This document shows positions 49,295 through 61,926 of a stretch of 64,000 nucleotides of DNA, piece by piece (position 1 is the stretch's first letter; each line of letters begins with the position of its first letter). Below the pieces are notes generated by a model. That model made no database searches and had not been told where the DNA came from. It saw only the letters and a program-made list of their open reading frames with translations. The stretch lies in contig NIVC01002109.1 of the NCBI GenBank assembly GCA_002269645.1, positions 1-64,000 on the forward strand. Reading direction: 5' to 3'. The position numbers and the translations under genes are program-made. This stretch comes from Macrostomum lignano. Taxonomy: Eukaryota.

Positions 49295-52200
49295 TCACTT
49301 CACTTCAAAGACACTATTGTTGGTGCTCCCGCCGCACTTCTCGTCCGGGTTGCCGCCGCAAGCCACGTTGCAGTTGGCCTTGACAGTGTCGCCGCTGTTT
49401 CCGTACTCATTGCCGCAGCCGCAGATTTGGCCATTCTTAACGCCGAAGTAGGAAAACTTCTTGGCCTTGCAGATTTTGTTGCACTTCCACACGGTCATGA
49501 GGGCAGACACCTTGGCGACGATGAAGTCTGGGAACTCCGGGTCGTCCGGATAACAGCCAAGAAATTCTGTAACAGTGCGATATCAGATGCAAAAGGCTTT
49601 AGATTATCAACAATGTAATAATAAGCTAGAAAAATACACTAAACTGAAGCTATAAAGATTCGGTTCTTCGGCTAAAATATCAAAACGACAGAAACTCAAC
49701 TTGCTAAAAGGATTTTAAGGTGGTAATTATTTAGCTCGTATTTCAGTGACGAAATGCCTACAAAAATCTACTTAAAAGCATATAAAGAGCAAAGATTTCT
49801 TAGGTTACCTGTGCTAACTTCTGCATAACGTCCGTACACTTTCACTTCGCACAGGGTCAGCGGTACTCGATTTCTCGTCTCGATGCGGACTGTGCGACCA
49901 ACTGCGTTGCACCTGAACGTCTTCACAGAGAACGCACTCGACGAGTGGTAGGACGCGCACACTTGACCGTCGACCTTGATCACAAAGTTCCTGAGTCGGT
50001 TCGCACAACAGTCCTGCCTGTTGTAGATTCTGACGGATGTGATTCTGGCGCGTCTGCTGGTCCTCGCCTGCCACCAGGCTCCGGTAGCAGTGCGGGTGTG
50101 GGTGCAGGATTTCTTCCTATAGTTTTGATTTGTGTCTCCATCGATGGCTCGACTGCATTTACCGTTAAAATCGACGGAGTTCTGCGAACATTTGGACAGC
50201 GGCAGCCTCGCTGAAATTGTGTACATTTGAGCATGTGTGCATTTTAGGGGGAAATATTATTTGGACTTTTAACGCCGGTGCACAGTGCCTTTCTATTGGT
50301 AATAAAAGCACGTAACGTTAATTTTAGTCAGATCTTTCTCACTACCTAGCGTCTAAATGTATGACAAATAATGATACCAAGCGAAGAATTACATCTGCTA
50401 CTCAGTTCGGCAACGATATGCGTACAGCAATCTACTTGACTCACATAAAGAGCAACTAGGGTTCTTAGGTTACCTGTGCTAACTTCTGCATAACGTCCGT
50501 ACACTTTCACTTCGCACAGAGTCAGCGGTACTCGATTTCTCGTCTCGATGCGGACTGTGCGACCAACTGCGTTGCACCTGAACGTCTTCACAGAGAACGC
50601 ACTCGACGAGTGGTAGGACGCGCACACTTGACCGTCGACCTTGATCACAAAGTTCCTGAGTCGGTTCGCACAACAGTCCTGCCTGTTGTAGATTCTGACG
50701 GATGTGATTCTGGCGCGTCTGCTGGTCCTCGCCTGCCACCAGGCTCCGGTCGCAGTGCGGGTGTGGGTGCAGGATTTCTTCCTATAGTTTTGATTTGTGT
50801 CTCCATCGATGGCTCGACTGCATTTACCGTTAAAATCGACGGAGTGCTGCGAACATTTGGACAGCGGCAGCCTCGCTGAAATTGTGTACATTTGAGCATG
50901 TGTGCATTTTAGGGGGAAATATTATTTGGACTTTTAACGCCGGTGCACAGTGCCTTTCTATTGGTAATAAAAGCACGTAACGTTAATTTTAGTCAGATCT
51001 TTCTCACTACCTAGCGTCTAAATGTATGACAAATAATGATACCAAGCGAAGAATTACATCTGCTACTCAGTTCGGCAACGATATGCGTACAGCAATCTAC
51101 TTGACTCACATAAAGAGCAACTAGGGTTCTTAGGTTACCTGTGCTAACTTCTGCATAACGTCCGTACACTTTCACTTCGCACAGAGTCAGCGGTACTCGA
51201 TTTCTCGTCTCGATGCGGACTGTGCGACCAACTGCGTTGCACCTGAACGTCTTCACAGAGAACGCACTCGACGAGTGGTAGGACGCGCACACTCGACCGT
51301 CGACCTTGATCACAAAGTTCCTGAGTCGGTTCGCACAACAGTCCTGCCTGTTGTAGATTCTGACGGATGTGATTCTGGCGCGTCTGCTGGTCCTCGCCTG
51401 CCACCAGGCTCCGGTAGCAGTGCGGGTGTGGGTGCAGGATTTCTTCCTATAGTTTTGATTTGTGTCTCCATCGATGGCTCGACTGCATTTACCGTTAAAA
51501 TCGACGGAGTGCTGCGAACATTTGGACAGCGGCAGCCTCGCTGAAATTGTGTACATATGAGCATATGTGCATTTTTAGGGGAAATATTATTATCAGCTGA
51601 CTAAACGGAACGGCTAATTCATCATGCAGCGCCAAATTACTTGAGGCCCTTGGCTTGGTGGTTGCATAGATGCTGTTGCGCCAGCTCGAGCCGCAGTAGG
51701 AGCCTCGGTTGCCGCTGCAGCGCATCCGGCACTCGCTCGACTGACGCGCGCCATACTTGCCGTAGCTGTTGCCGCACCAGCACTCTTTGGAGTGCTGCAG
51801 ACCGAAGTAGCGGTAGTTCCGGTTGCGGCAGAGCCGGTCGCACTTACCCGCGTACATGTGGCCGCTTCCGCCCAGTACTGGGAGATCCCGTTTTTCTTTG
51901 TCCACGAAGCAACCGATGTAGCGATATGAATGCGCTGCATAGGAATGTAGGAATGTTGGTGAATTGCAGTCAGGCATTTGGATAATGGGCTTATCTTTTT
52001 TCAAATAGACAAAAAATTCAGTTTCGATTGCATTGGAGATTTTGTACCTAATTGTAAACAACAGGTTGATTGTAATTTCCCTAAAGCTCGGGCGTTTATC
52101 GTGGATTTTCAATGGCTTGTTCTCGTTCGAAAAAGGGTGTCATGTGTCTTTTGTGCCAAAAATTTCCAGTTAAGATGGGTTCCGTTACTGCATGAACACT

Positions 52201-52320
52201 AGTGTGATTTATTGATGAAAAATACAATGCTTATGTTGGCAGTTACCTTGGAAGCCACTTACCTTGAGACAGCACACGCAGAAGGCACACAGCCAGCAGT
52301 AGCCAGCCTTCGGACACCAT
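49295..52320 (-). CDS. Secreted WSC - F-type lectin x3 - WSC protein; exons 52320-52263, 51934-51641, 51540-51139, 50875-50474, 50210-49809, 49566-49295
   Basis: Signal peptide MVSEGWLLLAVCLLRVLSQ; WSC motifs YIGCF..YFGLQHSKECWCGN..CRMRCSGN..CG and FLGCY..YFGVKNGQICGCGN..CGG; FTP motifs AIDG..SCTHT..WWQ..NRQDCC..LTLCEVKVYG. All junctions are phase 1. Confidence 0.9.
49700..51590. repeat. Tandem triplication, 665-bp unit (FTP exon + intron)
   Basis: Exon starts at 51540, 50875 and 50210 are exactly 665 bp apart, with very few substitutions. Confidence 0.95.
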
Positions 52321-52954
52321 TTTAGTTTGCCTCTTGTTGATAAAAATCAAATCGCTGGTACTTTTCTGGCTGATCTCGCAAGAAATTTAAGAGCGAAGAT
52401 TTGGCCTACAAGCTGACACATTATTTATAGAGTATTTATTTATTCTAAAGGCACGTGGACGTAAATCTCATTATAGGGCTTAGAAAGGCAGCAATAGCTT
52501 GCCATTTTATTTTGACTGTAGTTGCCAATTCAACCAATTTTCGAGCTCAAAGCTTAAAGCAGAAAAGTTGGATGGCGCAGAAAATAGTTTAATTAGTCAA
52601 TGTTTGAAATTATCACCCTTGATAGTTGAAATATTTTCAGAAATTTCTGTTTAGCTACTGGCTTAATGTACTCTTAACATTTTAACCTCTATTACCGTGC
52701 CAATAAAAGCCATTCCTGCACGCTTAGTCAACCGATAATTATATTTTCCGCTTTACGCAACAGGTCAGCTATTGCAGTTTAAAATAATTTGCTGCAGTTT
52801 ATACTTAGGGAGGTCGAATAATCACAGCTGGATTGACTATAATGGAGTTTATTATACTAAAGACTCAAGGATGCTTGAGTCTAAACAGCAAAGAAATCCG
52901 TTTGATCTGCCGCACGTAACAGCAGAGAGACAGAGTAGTGTGAATGAGATATTC

Positions 52955-53315
52955 TCTCGCAATGAGATGCTCTCACAATGAGATGCTCTCTCGCTATGAA
53001 ATGCTCTCTCGCTATGAAATGCTCTCTCGCAATGAGATGCTCTCGCAATGAGATGCTCTCTCGCAATGAGATGCTCTCGCAATGAGATGCTCTCGCAATG
53101 AGATGCTCTCGCAATGAGATGCTCTCGCAATGAGATGCTCTCGCAATGAGATGCTCTCTCAATGAGATGCTCTCGCAATGAGATGCTCTCTCAATGAGAT
53201 GCTCTCGCAATGAGATGCTCTCTCAATGAGATGCTCTCTCAATGAGATGCTCTCGCAATGAGATGCTCTCTCAATGAGATGCTCTCGCAATGAGATGCTC
53301 TCGCAATGAGATGCA
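52955..53315. repeat. 16/18-bp minisatellite (CAATGAGATGCTCTCG)
   Basis: Direct reading. Confidence 0.95.
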
Positions 53316-53800
53316 GTCTGCAGACAGAGGCTGAATTCGCGGTGCGCTGCCTCAAAAGTGGTAGCCTCTCACGTCTTTGATGATGAGAACCTTGTACCAA
53401 ATTTGTATTTAGAGTTACTAGTAGTAGTTTTATTAATTGCTAATGTCTACTTTATTAACGCGCAGTAGCATTACGTAATACCATCAATCGGCGCCCCGGT
53501 TGGGTAGGCAACAAAGAATGAAATAATTTGTTTGATTGAACTACACGTAGCTTCTGACCTCTCAGTCTTGACATCTCAGAAATTTCCGATCAACATTGAC
53601 ATCTTTGTCAACATTGACAAAATTGAATTTTTATGTTCGACATGGACGCTTCTTTCATTTTTGAAATGACGCTTCTTTTGCTCGTATGTTTGATATGACA
53701 CTTTTTAAGTTTACTTTTTTAATTTTACATGAGGAAAATCGATTGCTCATTCCAGCCACTTCTCTTAGGCCATAGACTATTGAGATTTGTGCGAAGCCAC

Positions 53801-54118
53801 CATGGAGGAAAGAATAGAATGGAGTGCTAATCTGAGCCAGTTATTTTTATCTCGCTCGATTTTCGCTTTATAACATCCCTTTCCCCCGTTCCTTCCTATT
53901 GGCTGAAAGCATATTTTGATGCGAGCTCGTACTATTCTCTCTGGGACATACCTTTCAGAGGGGAAAGAAAACAAAAACGAGACAAAAATACTTTGTCTAT
54001 GGCAGTCACGAGCCAATAGGAAAGAACGGGGGGGGGGAAAGGGATGTTAAAAGTGAAGATCGAGCGAGATAAAAATAACTGGCTCAGATTAGCACTCCAT
54101 TCTATTCTTTCCTCCATG
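53801..54118. mobile_element. P-type MITE (318 bp) with ~105-bp TIRs
   Basis: Termini CATGGAGGAAAGAATAGAATGG.. / ..CCATTCTATTCTTTCCTCCATG. Perfect 8-bp TSD GAAGCCAC at 53793-53800 and 54119-54126. Confidence 0.88.
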
Positions 54119-54655
54119 GAAGCCACACGACTGCCCATGTCACTTTTGAATACCCCGAGTGGAAAATGGATTGCAGAAAGCGATAATATTATTGCCAACA
54201 ACGTAGCTCGAAATTGGGGGCTATTATAATCTATTATACTCTATTATACTGTATTAAACTCTATTATACTCTCACTAGTCCTTTTTGTCTTTGCTGCTGT
54301 TTCTAAACGCATAGACTTGATCGATATATAGATATCTTAGAGATACATATGTTAATTGTGCATGGAGAAAGTGTATCGTTATAATTTCCATACCTCTAAA
54401 TGGTCGCGCAGTGTTTTTGCTTTGTCTTTAATTCACGTGCCTGCATGCCGGCTATTCATTATTATTTAGCCGTGCTATGTAATGCTGTCGTTTAGTTGTT
54501 TTTACAGCTCCATTTCTAGCCGATTAAAATGCTGCTACTATGTACTGATTATTATCAACATGCTGGTTTTATTCTTTGTGCCGTCGTGCTGATGATCGTG
54601 TCAATGGCATTGTCTAGCCTTGCTACACGCAAACACACAATTTTAACACTTTTTA

Positions 54656-55037
54656 GCTATTTAGCAGTTAGCAGTTCTATCCATTTAGCAGTTAGCAGTT
54701 CTATCCATTTAGCAGTTAGCAGTTCTATCCATTTAGCAGTTAGCAGTTCTATCCATTTAGCAGTTAGCAGTTCTATCCATTTAGCAGTTAGCAGTTCTAT
54801 CCATTTAGCAGTTAGCAGTTCTATCCATTTAGCAGTTAGCAGTTCTATCCATTTAGCAGTTAGCAGTTCTATCCATTTAGCAGTTAGCAGTTCTATCCAT
54901 TTAGCAGTTAGCAGTTCTATCCATTTAGCAGTTAGCAGTTCTATCCATTTAGCAGTTAGCAGTTCTATCCATTTAGCAGTTAGCAGTTCTATCCATTTAG
55001 CAGTTAGCAGTTCTATCCATTTAGCAGTTAGCAGTTA
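54656..55037. repeat. Perfect 24-bp minisatellite (TTTAGCAGTTAGCAGTTCTATCCA), ~16 copies
   Basis: Direct reading. Confidence 0.95.
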
Positions 55038-55829
55038 GAAGCTTAGCTAGCTACTTAAGTCGCACAATTTGGGTACTCTGCCAAGCACTATTTCTTAAAA
55101 TACCAGCGTATAGTAGCTATGGCGGAACATGCAGGTACGCCAACCTGCCAGCCACTTTAATATAGGTACATGTATATATAGATAGACATGTGTATATCTG
55201 TACAATATATATTCTTTTAAGGGAATTGTGCTACACACTAAGCCGTAATTGTGCTACTATTTCTATATATCATTGTTATTGTATACACCATACTGTACAT
55301 GCACTCAGTTGGATAATCTCGACTGCCAAGGTTGGGTGTTTCCGCTTTAGCGCTCGAGCTTTAACGTGGCCAGACTTTTATTAACAAATTGTGACAGCGT
55401 AATTTGTTTTGCATTTTCCTGCAAATGTGTGCTTTAATTGATCGCCGTTGGTGCTGGGAAATTCCTGAAAAAACTCAGCTGATGTTAGCGTAATGCAGGT
55501 GTCAATTGGGGTATATAACAAAAATAACATGCACCACCCACATGCACCCACATGCAGCTCGTACTTGACGTGTATACGAAATTCGAGAAAATTAGCCAGC
55601 TTCAAAAATCGAACCTACGAGTTTTATGATCAGCGAAATGAGCTCGCGATTCAAGTGGATACAAGAAAAGAACTTCTTTTATTGGAATCGATTTATTATA
55701 ATCCAAAAACAGGTTTCTTTAATAGCATCAAAGTAAAAGGAAAATGGAATGGTCCACAAAATCAAAAACTAAACATGAAAGCTCGTTCACTGAGACTGTT
55801 TTATCCGACATTCGTCATGGACTTCTACT

Positions 55830-58487
55830 TCAATTTTTTTTCGCTCGCAGCCTGCGTCTCATGGGCCTCGGCGGCAACCGACGCCAAAACACTCGACGAA
55901 CGAGTATGGTCCGCCGGATAGTGACCCACTTGCACTCGCGCTTGCGACCGCTTTTGGTGACCCAACGCTGAAATGCCGGACAGCCCTTGCAGCCGCGTTT
56001 CCATTCGGAGTTGACGACTTTCACTGACAAATTGCTGGACACTGAACGCCACATGCCGCTCGATCTGCCTATGATTAGCCGGTGCCATTCGAAGGAGTTT
56101 GGATTTCCAGCATGGGGTCGCCCATTGTTTCGAAATTCTTCCCTTTTCTCAAAGTGCTTGTGCCGGCTGGTGCACTCGGACAGTGCGCTGCTGATCTGCT
56201 TCAACGACTGCACAGTTTGTCCAGCGCCAACGGCAACTGCGATTACTTTCGTCTCTTTGTACGACACGTGAGTTTGCTTCTGTACAACGGTGGTGCTAGT
56301 TGTTTGAATGTAATTCCTCTGACTGCGCGTGATGTTTGAAGCCGGCGGTTCGCCCTCCTTGCGCATTAGCTGATAGTACTGTTTAAGATGGTCTCCAGTC
56401 AGTAGCGCGAATTCGTTCATATTGTGCAAGTGAAAGCCGAGGAACTCCCTGCAGACGTATTTTTAATGATAGAAATCAGTCGTCAGATCAATATTTTTCT
56501 TGCCTACATACCTGCGCGCGTACCAAACCCAACCGATCTCAGTAAATTAGATTATGGGCCCGTTCTATTAAGCCATCATAAGATAAGATCGTTCTTAGCT
56601 CATATCTCAGCAGTGTAGCTCATTCCAACGCACGATCGAACTTACGCTACGACAGCTTTATAGAACGACCCCTATAGCAGCAGCGAACAGATTTTGATAT
56701 AGAGACTATGACGACCTACCGACCTACCGACCGAAATAAACATTATTTACTTATCCATGTACCATTATATGTGTACCAAGACTTCATAGGGAGTTGCTGA
56801 GATACTCTAGATCAATGTAGAATGCTGTTATACTAAGCGTAAGGAACAATAGGGAGGGGGGCAAAGCTCAAGGAAACATTTTAAGTCAGCTGGGATAACA
56901 AAGCTCGAATAGGGTACTAATTTATCGGCTATTAAGATTGATATCAGGGGCAGGCGCGTCGCCATGGATTTTATGGTGCGGGGGACAAAGCCAACAATTA
57001 TGCATGTACATGTACATGACTAAATTCCTACATATACATTATTTTCAGAATCGGTGTTGTCAGCACTCATTTTAGCGCCACAAGCATTCATTTTAGCGCC
57101 ACAGGCACTCATTTTAGCGCCACAGGCACTCATTTTGGCGCCGCAGGCACTCATTTTAGCGCCACAGGCACTCATTTTAGCGCCGCAGGCACTCATTTTA
57201 GCGCCGCAGGCACTCATTTTAGCGCCGCAGGCACTCATTTTAGCGCCGCAGGCACTCATTTTAGCGCCGCAGGCACTCATTTTAGCGCCGCAGGCACTCA
57301 TTTTAGCGCCGCAGGCACTCATTTTAGCGCCACAGGCACTCATTTTAGCGCCACAGGCACTCATTTTAGCGCCGCAGGCACTCATTTTAGCGCCGCAGGC
57401 ACTCATTTTAGCGCCGCAGGCACTCATTTTAGCGCCGCAGGCACTCATTTTAGCGCCGCAGGCACTCATTTTAGCGCCACAGGCACTCATTTTAGCGCCG
57501 CAGGCACTCATTTTAGCGCCGCAGGCACTCATTTTAGCGCCGCAGGCACTCATTTTAGCGCCGCAGGCACTCATTTTAGCGCCACAGGCACTCATTTTAG
57601 CGCCACAGGCGCTATGTTTTGTCGCTCTGCAGCAAAATTATAGATTTCCATAACGGATTACAAGGTATGGGGTGGGGGGGGACAAAGCATTGGCATGTCC
57701 CCCCAGATCTTTTACTGGGGGGGGGACATGTCCCCCCTGTCCCCCCCGTTGGCGACGCCCCTGATCAGGGGTGATGCTTTCCTGTTTACAACGTCTCATA
57801 CACTATATAGACTAACACTAATTGTATAAAGCTATTCTTCTTCTGTTGCTGTCTCTGCAACTGGCGACATTAATTGCTGGTAAAGTCAGGAATCACTCAC
57901 TGATAGTTTTTTAGAAACTCCTCGGAATGCATGTCGGCATCCTTTTCAACCGGTGCTGTAAAGGAAAACTGCGTGAACGGTATTCGACTAGACTCCCACC
58001 ACTGATCCGTAGGTACAGTCATCTGGAACAGATTCGAATAGAAGCTTAGCATCCACGAGTACACAGCCTCCGGATCGCAAGGTGCGTCGGGATTTAGCAG
58101 ATCCTTGGATAGCAGGTCCTCTTTGAATTGCTGCCAGAGCTCTAGGCAAGACCAGGATTCGCCAAATTTCTTCTCTAGCTTGCAGTACTCTGAGTACAGA
58201 ACGCACAGGATGAAGTGCCCGCAGCCGAGCACTCGTCTCACAGATAGTCGAGTTCGATTCATAAACGAGTGCGCATCGGCAAACTGTCTCTCCTCGCCTT
58301 CGTTCTCCATGAAGTCGTGGTAAAACGGTCGAAAATCGGGGTTATCAGGATCGCGAAAAGAGTTAACCTTAGCGGCAAATGTAGTCATTATGTAGCGTTC
58401 CATGGTGTGCAAAGGCACAACTGCGTCTTGTCCAGTGTGCCAGTTGTGAACATAGTGCATGCACTGCTCGCGGTCTTCCTCGCCCAT
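55830..58487 (-). CDS. Uncharacterised protein; exons ~58487(or further 5')-57901 and 56448-55830
   Basis: Donor TAT CA|gtgagt at 57900 and acceptor ctgcag|G GAG at 56449 are both phase 2 and join two track ORFs (..KNYQEFLGFHLHNMNEF..). No recognised domain. Confidence 0.55.
56951..57763. mobile_element. hAT-type MITE (813 bp) carrying an internal 21-bp array
   Basis: Termini CAGGCGCGTCGCCA / TGGCGACGCCCCTG. 8-bp TSD ATCAGGGG at 56943-56950 and 57764-57771. Internal (CATTTTAGCGCCGCAGGCACT), ~26 copies at 57065-57610. Confidence 0.8.
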
Positions 58488-59260
58488 TCTGACAGCAGTG
58501 TATACGCTGAGTGATGTCCAAGATTCGTTTGATGAAGAAGATCTGCTGCTTCTGCTAGCATGGAAACGAGAACTTGAACGAACAAGCGATTAGGGAAGCT
58601 TCACGCTCGTATCAAAATTCTTTCCATCGAGCAATTAGTCCCACGGCAGACAGCGAGGAGTGTCCCCAGCAGTGCCCTATTGTCTATGGTACTCAAGCAG
58701 ATAACTCGATTGCAACATTCTCGAAGAAATGTTTTTTGTTAGGCAGGATGGCTATAGATGACGGTAAATCTAAAGCAGCATATTTGGTGCCACGATTTCT
58801 TGTAATGGCAAGTTATACTCCTCGAAAGTTCGATAATTAGTGTAATATTTATAGTAGAAACGATCTTAGAAAATATCTACGAAAAGATTTCAGAGTACAA
58901 AGCGAATTGATATTTTGCCTGGCTCTTGAATAACTGACCTGCTAGCATTTTAAGTAACCTTCGATCATTCATAATGTTTTAAATAAAAGAATGCTATTAG
59001 AAGCAAGAGAAGCAAAGAGCATAAAACGTTGCAAGCTGTCCAAGTTAGCTGGTAAGTACGTGTATAGAACAATGCGTGTGCACTGCAGCTGGATGTACAG
59101 CAATACCTTAACAATACAGAGTGTACACGCAAACGTATGAAGTTAGACATGCATTTGGCTCATCCAGTACGTTGAGAACTCTCTGAATTCCAAGTACTAT
59201 ATTAAAAATAGATGAGTATTGGACAGTGTTGAAATTTATTTCTTTTAGTACTATATAGCA

Positions 59261-60595
59261 ATGGGTTCAACTCAATCAATGATTGCTATGCGGTCATCGG
59301 CTAGACAAGGTCAGCTAACTGTGCTCAAAGTTGGCTATTTGAGCAACAAATCGTTAAAAAATTTTGCTTGCAGAGAGTCCGCAACAATTGCAAATAAAAT
59401 AAATTATCTAAACATATCGATAGACAAGCTACTAACAGTTTTGACCGACAACGAACTTAGAGAAGCATTTTGCTACGTGGCTGCGAAAACCGCTTTCTAT
59501 ACAGGTAAATATTTGAGTCTGGGTTATTTACCTTTGCTTTCTGATTACCTCACCTTTTCTAAACTTGAAAATAAATGAAAACTTCAGAATAATTTAATAA
59601 AATCGAAGCACTCTTCTTATTGCTTCGGTGTGACATTTCTGTGGATATTGGCCTCCTGCCCACTAAAACTGATCTTGTCCACTCACCGACGCCTCTTGTC
59701 CACTCACCGACGCCTCTTGTCCACTCACCGACGCCTCTTGTCCACTCACCGATGCCTCTTAATTACTAACAAAACAAAAAATTACATTATTTCATTCGCT
59801 CCGGCTTAGAACTGCATGATTTATGTTTTTGTTCTTTATATAAAAGCGTGGTTGAAAACATGAGATATCAATAAAAATTTATAGTATAACATTGCGAATA
59901 AAATCTATAACCCTTTATTGATGCAACTCATCGACAGAATACTGATTGAACGATTCTCATTTCACGCCGTTTACTATACTTTCGAGGCTAATTAGAAGAA
60001 CTAAAAAACAGACAATATCTGAACGAGTCTTCTTCTTCTCAAGGACTTCTTCTTTGTCCTTGATGATAACAAACACGTTTGCTATTATAATGCAACAGTT
60101 TTATAAAATTATTGATAATTTGTAATAAAAATCACTCCTTCAGATCGCTTAGAAGACGCTAGCAAACTGGTAGAAGCAATTAGTAATCCAAGTCTGCATC
60201 ATAAATGCTGTATGCAGATTACCAGGTGCGAAAATTTCCACCAACTGATGACAGCGGAAGTGGCCGAGCATCAGTTGAAACGCATCGAGCATGTAAGCCT
60301 GAGAGAGCACTGTTGTGCGGTGATGGCCATTCGAGCAGCAAAGAGTGGTAAAATTGAAGCAGCCAGTCGCTAATTAGCCACCTCAATGCGGAGCTCATTA
60401 AAAAGAGACGATACTCTGCTCAAAGTCACGAAGTTCGCTGCAGACAGCGGCCACCTAGACGTTTGCCAGTCCATTGATGAAGCTTATCGACGATTCGAGT
60501 ATCAGAAATTGTGCCTGCCGTCAGGTCGTGAGAATCTGCCAGCGATTGCTGAATTGATCTCTGAGCTTTTGGCTGATCAAGATCTATTTGGCTAA
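59261..60595 (+). pseudogene. Putative myristoylated helical-repeat (ankyrin/TPR-like) protein; exons 59261-59504 and 60144-60595, in-frame TAA at 60371-60373
   Basis: MGSTQS start; phase-1 junction ACA G|gtaaat..ttcag|AT CGC; recurring motifs SARQGQL, AAKSGKI, AADSGHL. The frame continues past a single TAA. Confidence 0.5.
59684..59760. repeat. 21-bp repeat, ~4 copies (TCTTGTCCACTCACCGACGCC), intronic
   Basis: Direct reading. Confidence 0.9.
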
Positions 60596-61616
60596 GTCTG
60601 AGTGACATCTAATGGCTGGCCTTTCGACATCGAAAGAGCTACATGTACATTATGATCAGTTAATTGCAACAGTTTTTTGGACTGTTAATGCCATATTAGT
60701 TTTATCGTTCGTGCATTTATCCTACTAGCAACTCAATTAATCAAAATAGCTGGGATTCCATGCGCACGTGCATACGGCAAAACCATTTGGTTAAATACAT
60801 GTAAATATTTTTGTTCAACACTGTAGATTACTGCATGCAGAAATGTTGCAGAATAAAATCCTACAGTTGGTATACATTTTTATATCAACTCATGCAATAT
60901 ATATAACCGCGTTTAAAATTTCATGACTTCCCATAATTTCTAGACGTGTACAGTAGAAAGTTGGTCATGCATTATGCTCCATAAAATGATGACATGGGTT
61001 ATGACGACGTTCTTTCTCAGGCAATTTTCCCTTTGACATTGCCTCTTAGCGGCCCTGCCTTGTCTTTGCCCATGCATCGATCATGCATGTCTTCGCTACC
61101 TATAAAATTGAGTCATCCACAGTGCATGGAAGCCCAGCGGCATGTGTAAAGAATTATAAAGCACTAGGCACTATATCTTAGACCATTCAGCTCTCAGTTA
61201 ATCCAGTTCACTCCAGCCTGTATCTCAGCAGAAGAAAACTCCAGTATCTACGGCTATTTGTTAAAATTGCCTGTAACTACTTCACAGAAACCTGCACGAT
61301 TTCAAACAGCACGCTTGATATCAGCAAGTTTAAATTAGCACGGATCACATCTCATTGAACCTGGCTTTGCAAACAATTATCTCATTTTTAATGATATCTC
61401 AAGAATGTTTCACTTTTGAGTTCGACATGGATGTCAAATCCGATTCCGAATCAAGCCCTGTTTCTAGCGTTTTTATTCACCGACTTTTGACTGACTCTGA
61501 ATTTTGACCACTCATGTCCTGTCCGATGGGCGATGTCCGATGTGTTACAGGTGTAGTTGTTCTTAGTTACCTACTAATGTCGACACCAAGTTGTTACAAG
61601 TCTATTATTCCTAAAA

Positions 61617-61926
61617 CCTAATTAATTAATTAATTAATTACACCTGCCCAATGGGCAGATGTGCAACCGTCAGCTCAGCCGCAGCTATTGCGCGGCGCAT
61701 CTGAAGGCTGTGTACGGCTGTTCAGTCCAAGGACTGGGGGGTCGCCACACACACCCTCAATTACCCCAGCTAATGCTGGTACCCATTTTACAGCTGGGTA
61801 AACTGAAGCAACGCAGAGTTAAGTGTCTTGCTCAAGGACACAAATTGTTGCAGAGGGATCGGGAATCGAACCCCCGACCTTCAAGTCGTGAGTCCGACGC
61901 CCTAACCACTAGGCTACAACCCCCCT
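61617..61926 (-). mobile_element. tRNA-derived SINE, family A, full-length copy with (TAAT)n tail
   Basis: Minus strand: A box TAGCCTAGTGG, B box GGTTCGATTCC, GTGTCCTTGAGCAAGACACTTAAC body, (TAAT)n tail. CCTAAAACCTAA occurs on both flanks (possible TSD). Confidence 0.88.

Noticed and set aside
60242-60290. CTGATGA..GAAACGCATC as a hammerhead
   Set aside because: No stem II pairing next to the core, and it lies within a coding exon.
55381-60600. Endogenous virus or Polinton-like cluster of small ORFs
   Set aside because: No viral hallmark genes, and the main ORFs join through canonical phase-matched introns into two spliced genes.
61855-61926. tRNA genes at 61855-61926 and 45-117
   Set aside because: A and B boxes are present, but the anticodon and acceptor stems pair poorly, and both continue into a shared SINE body.
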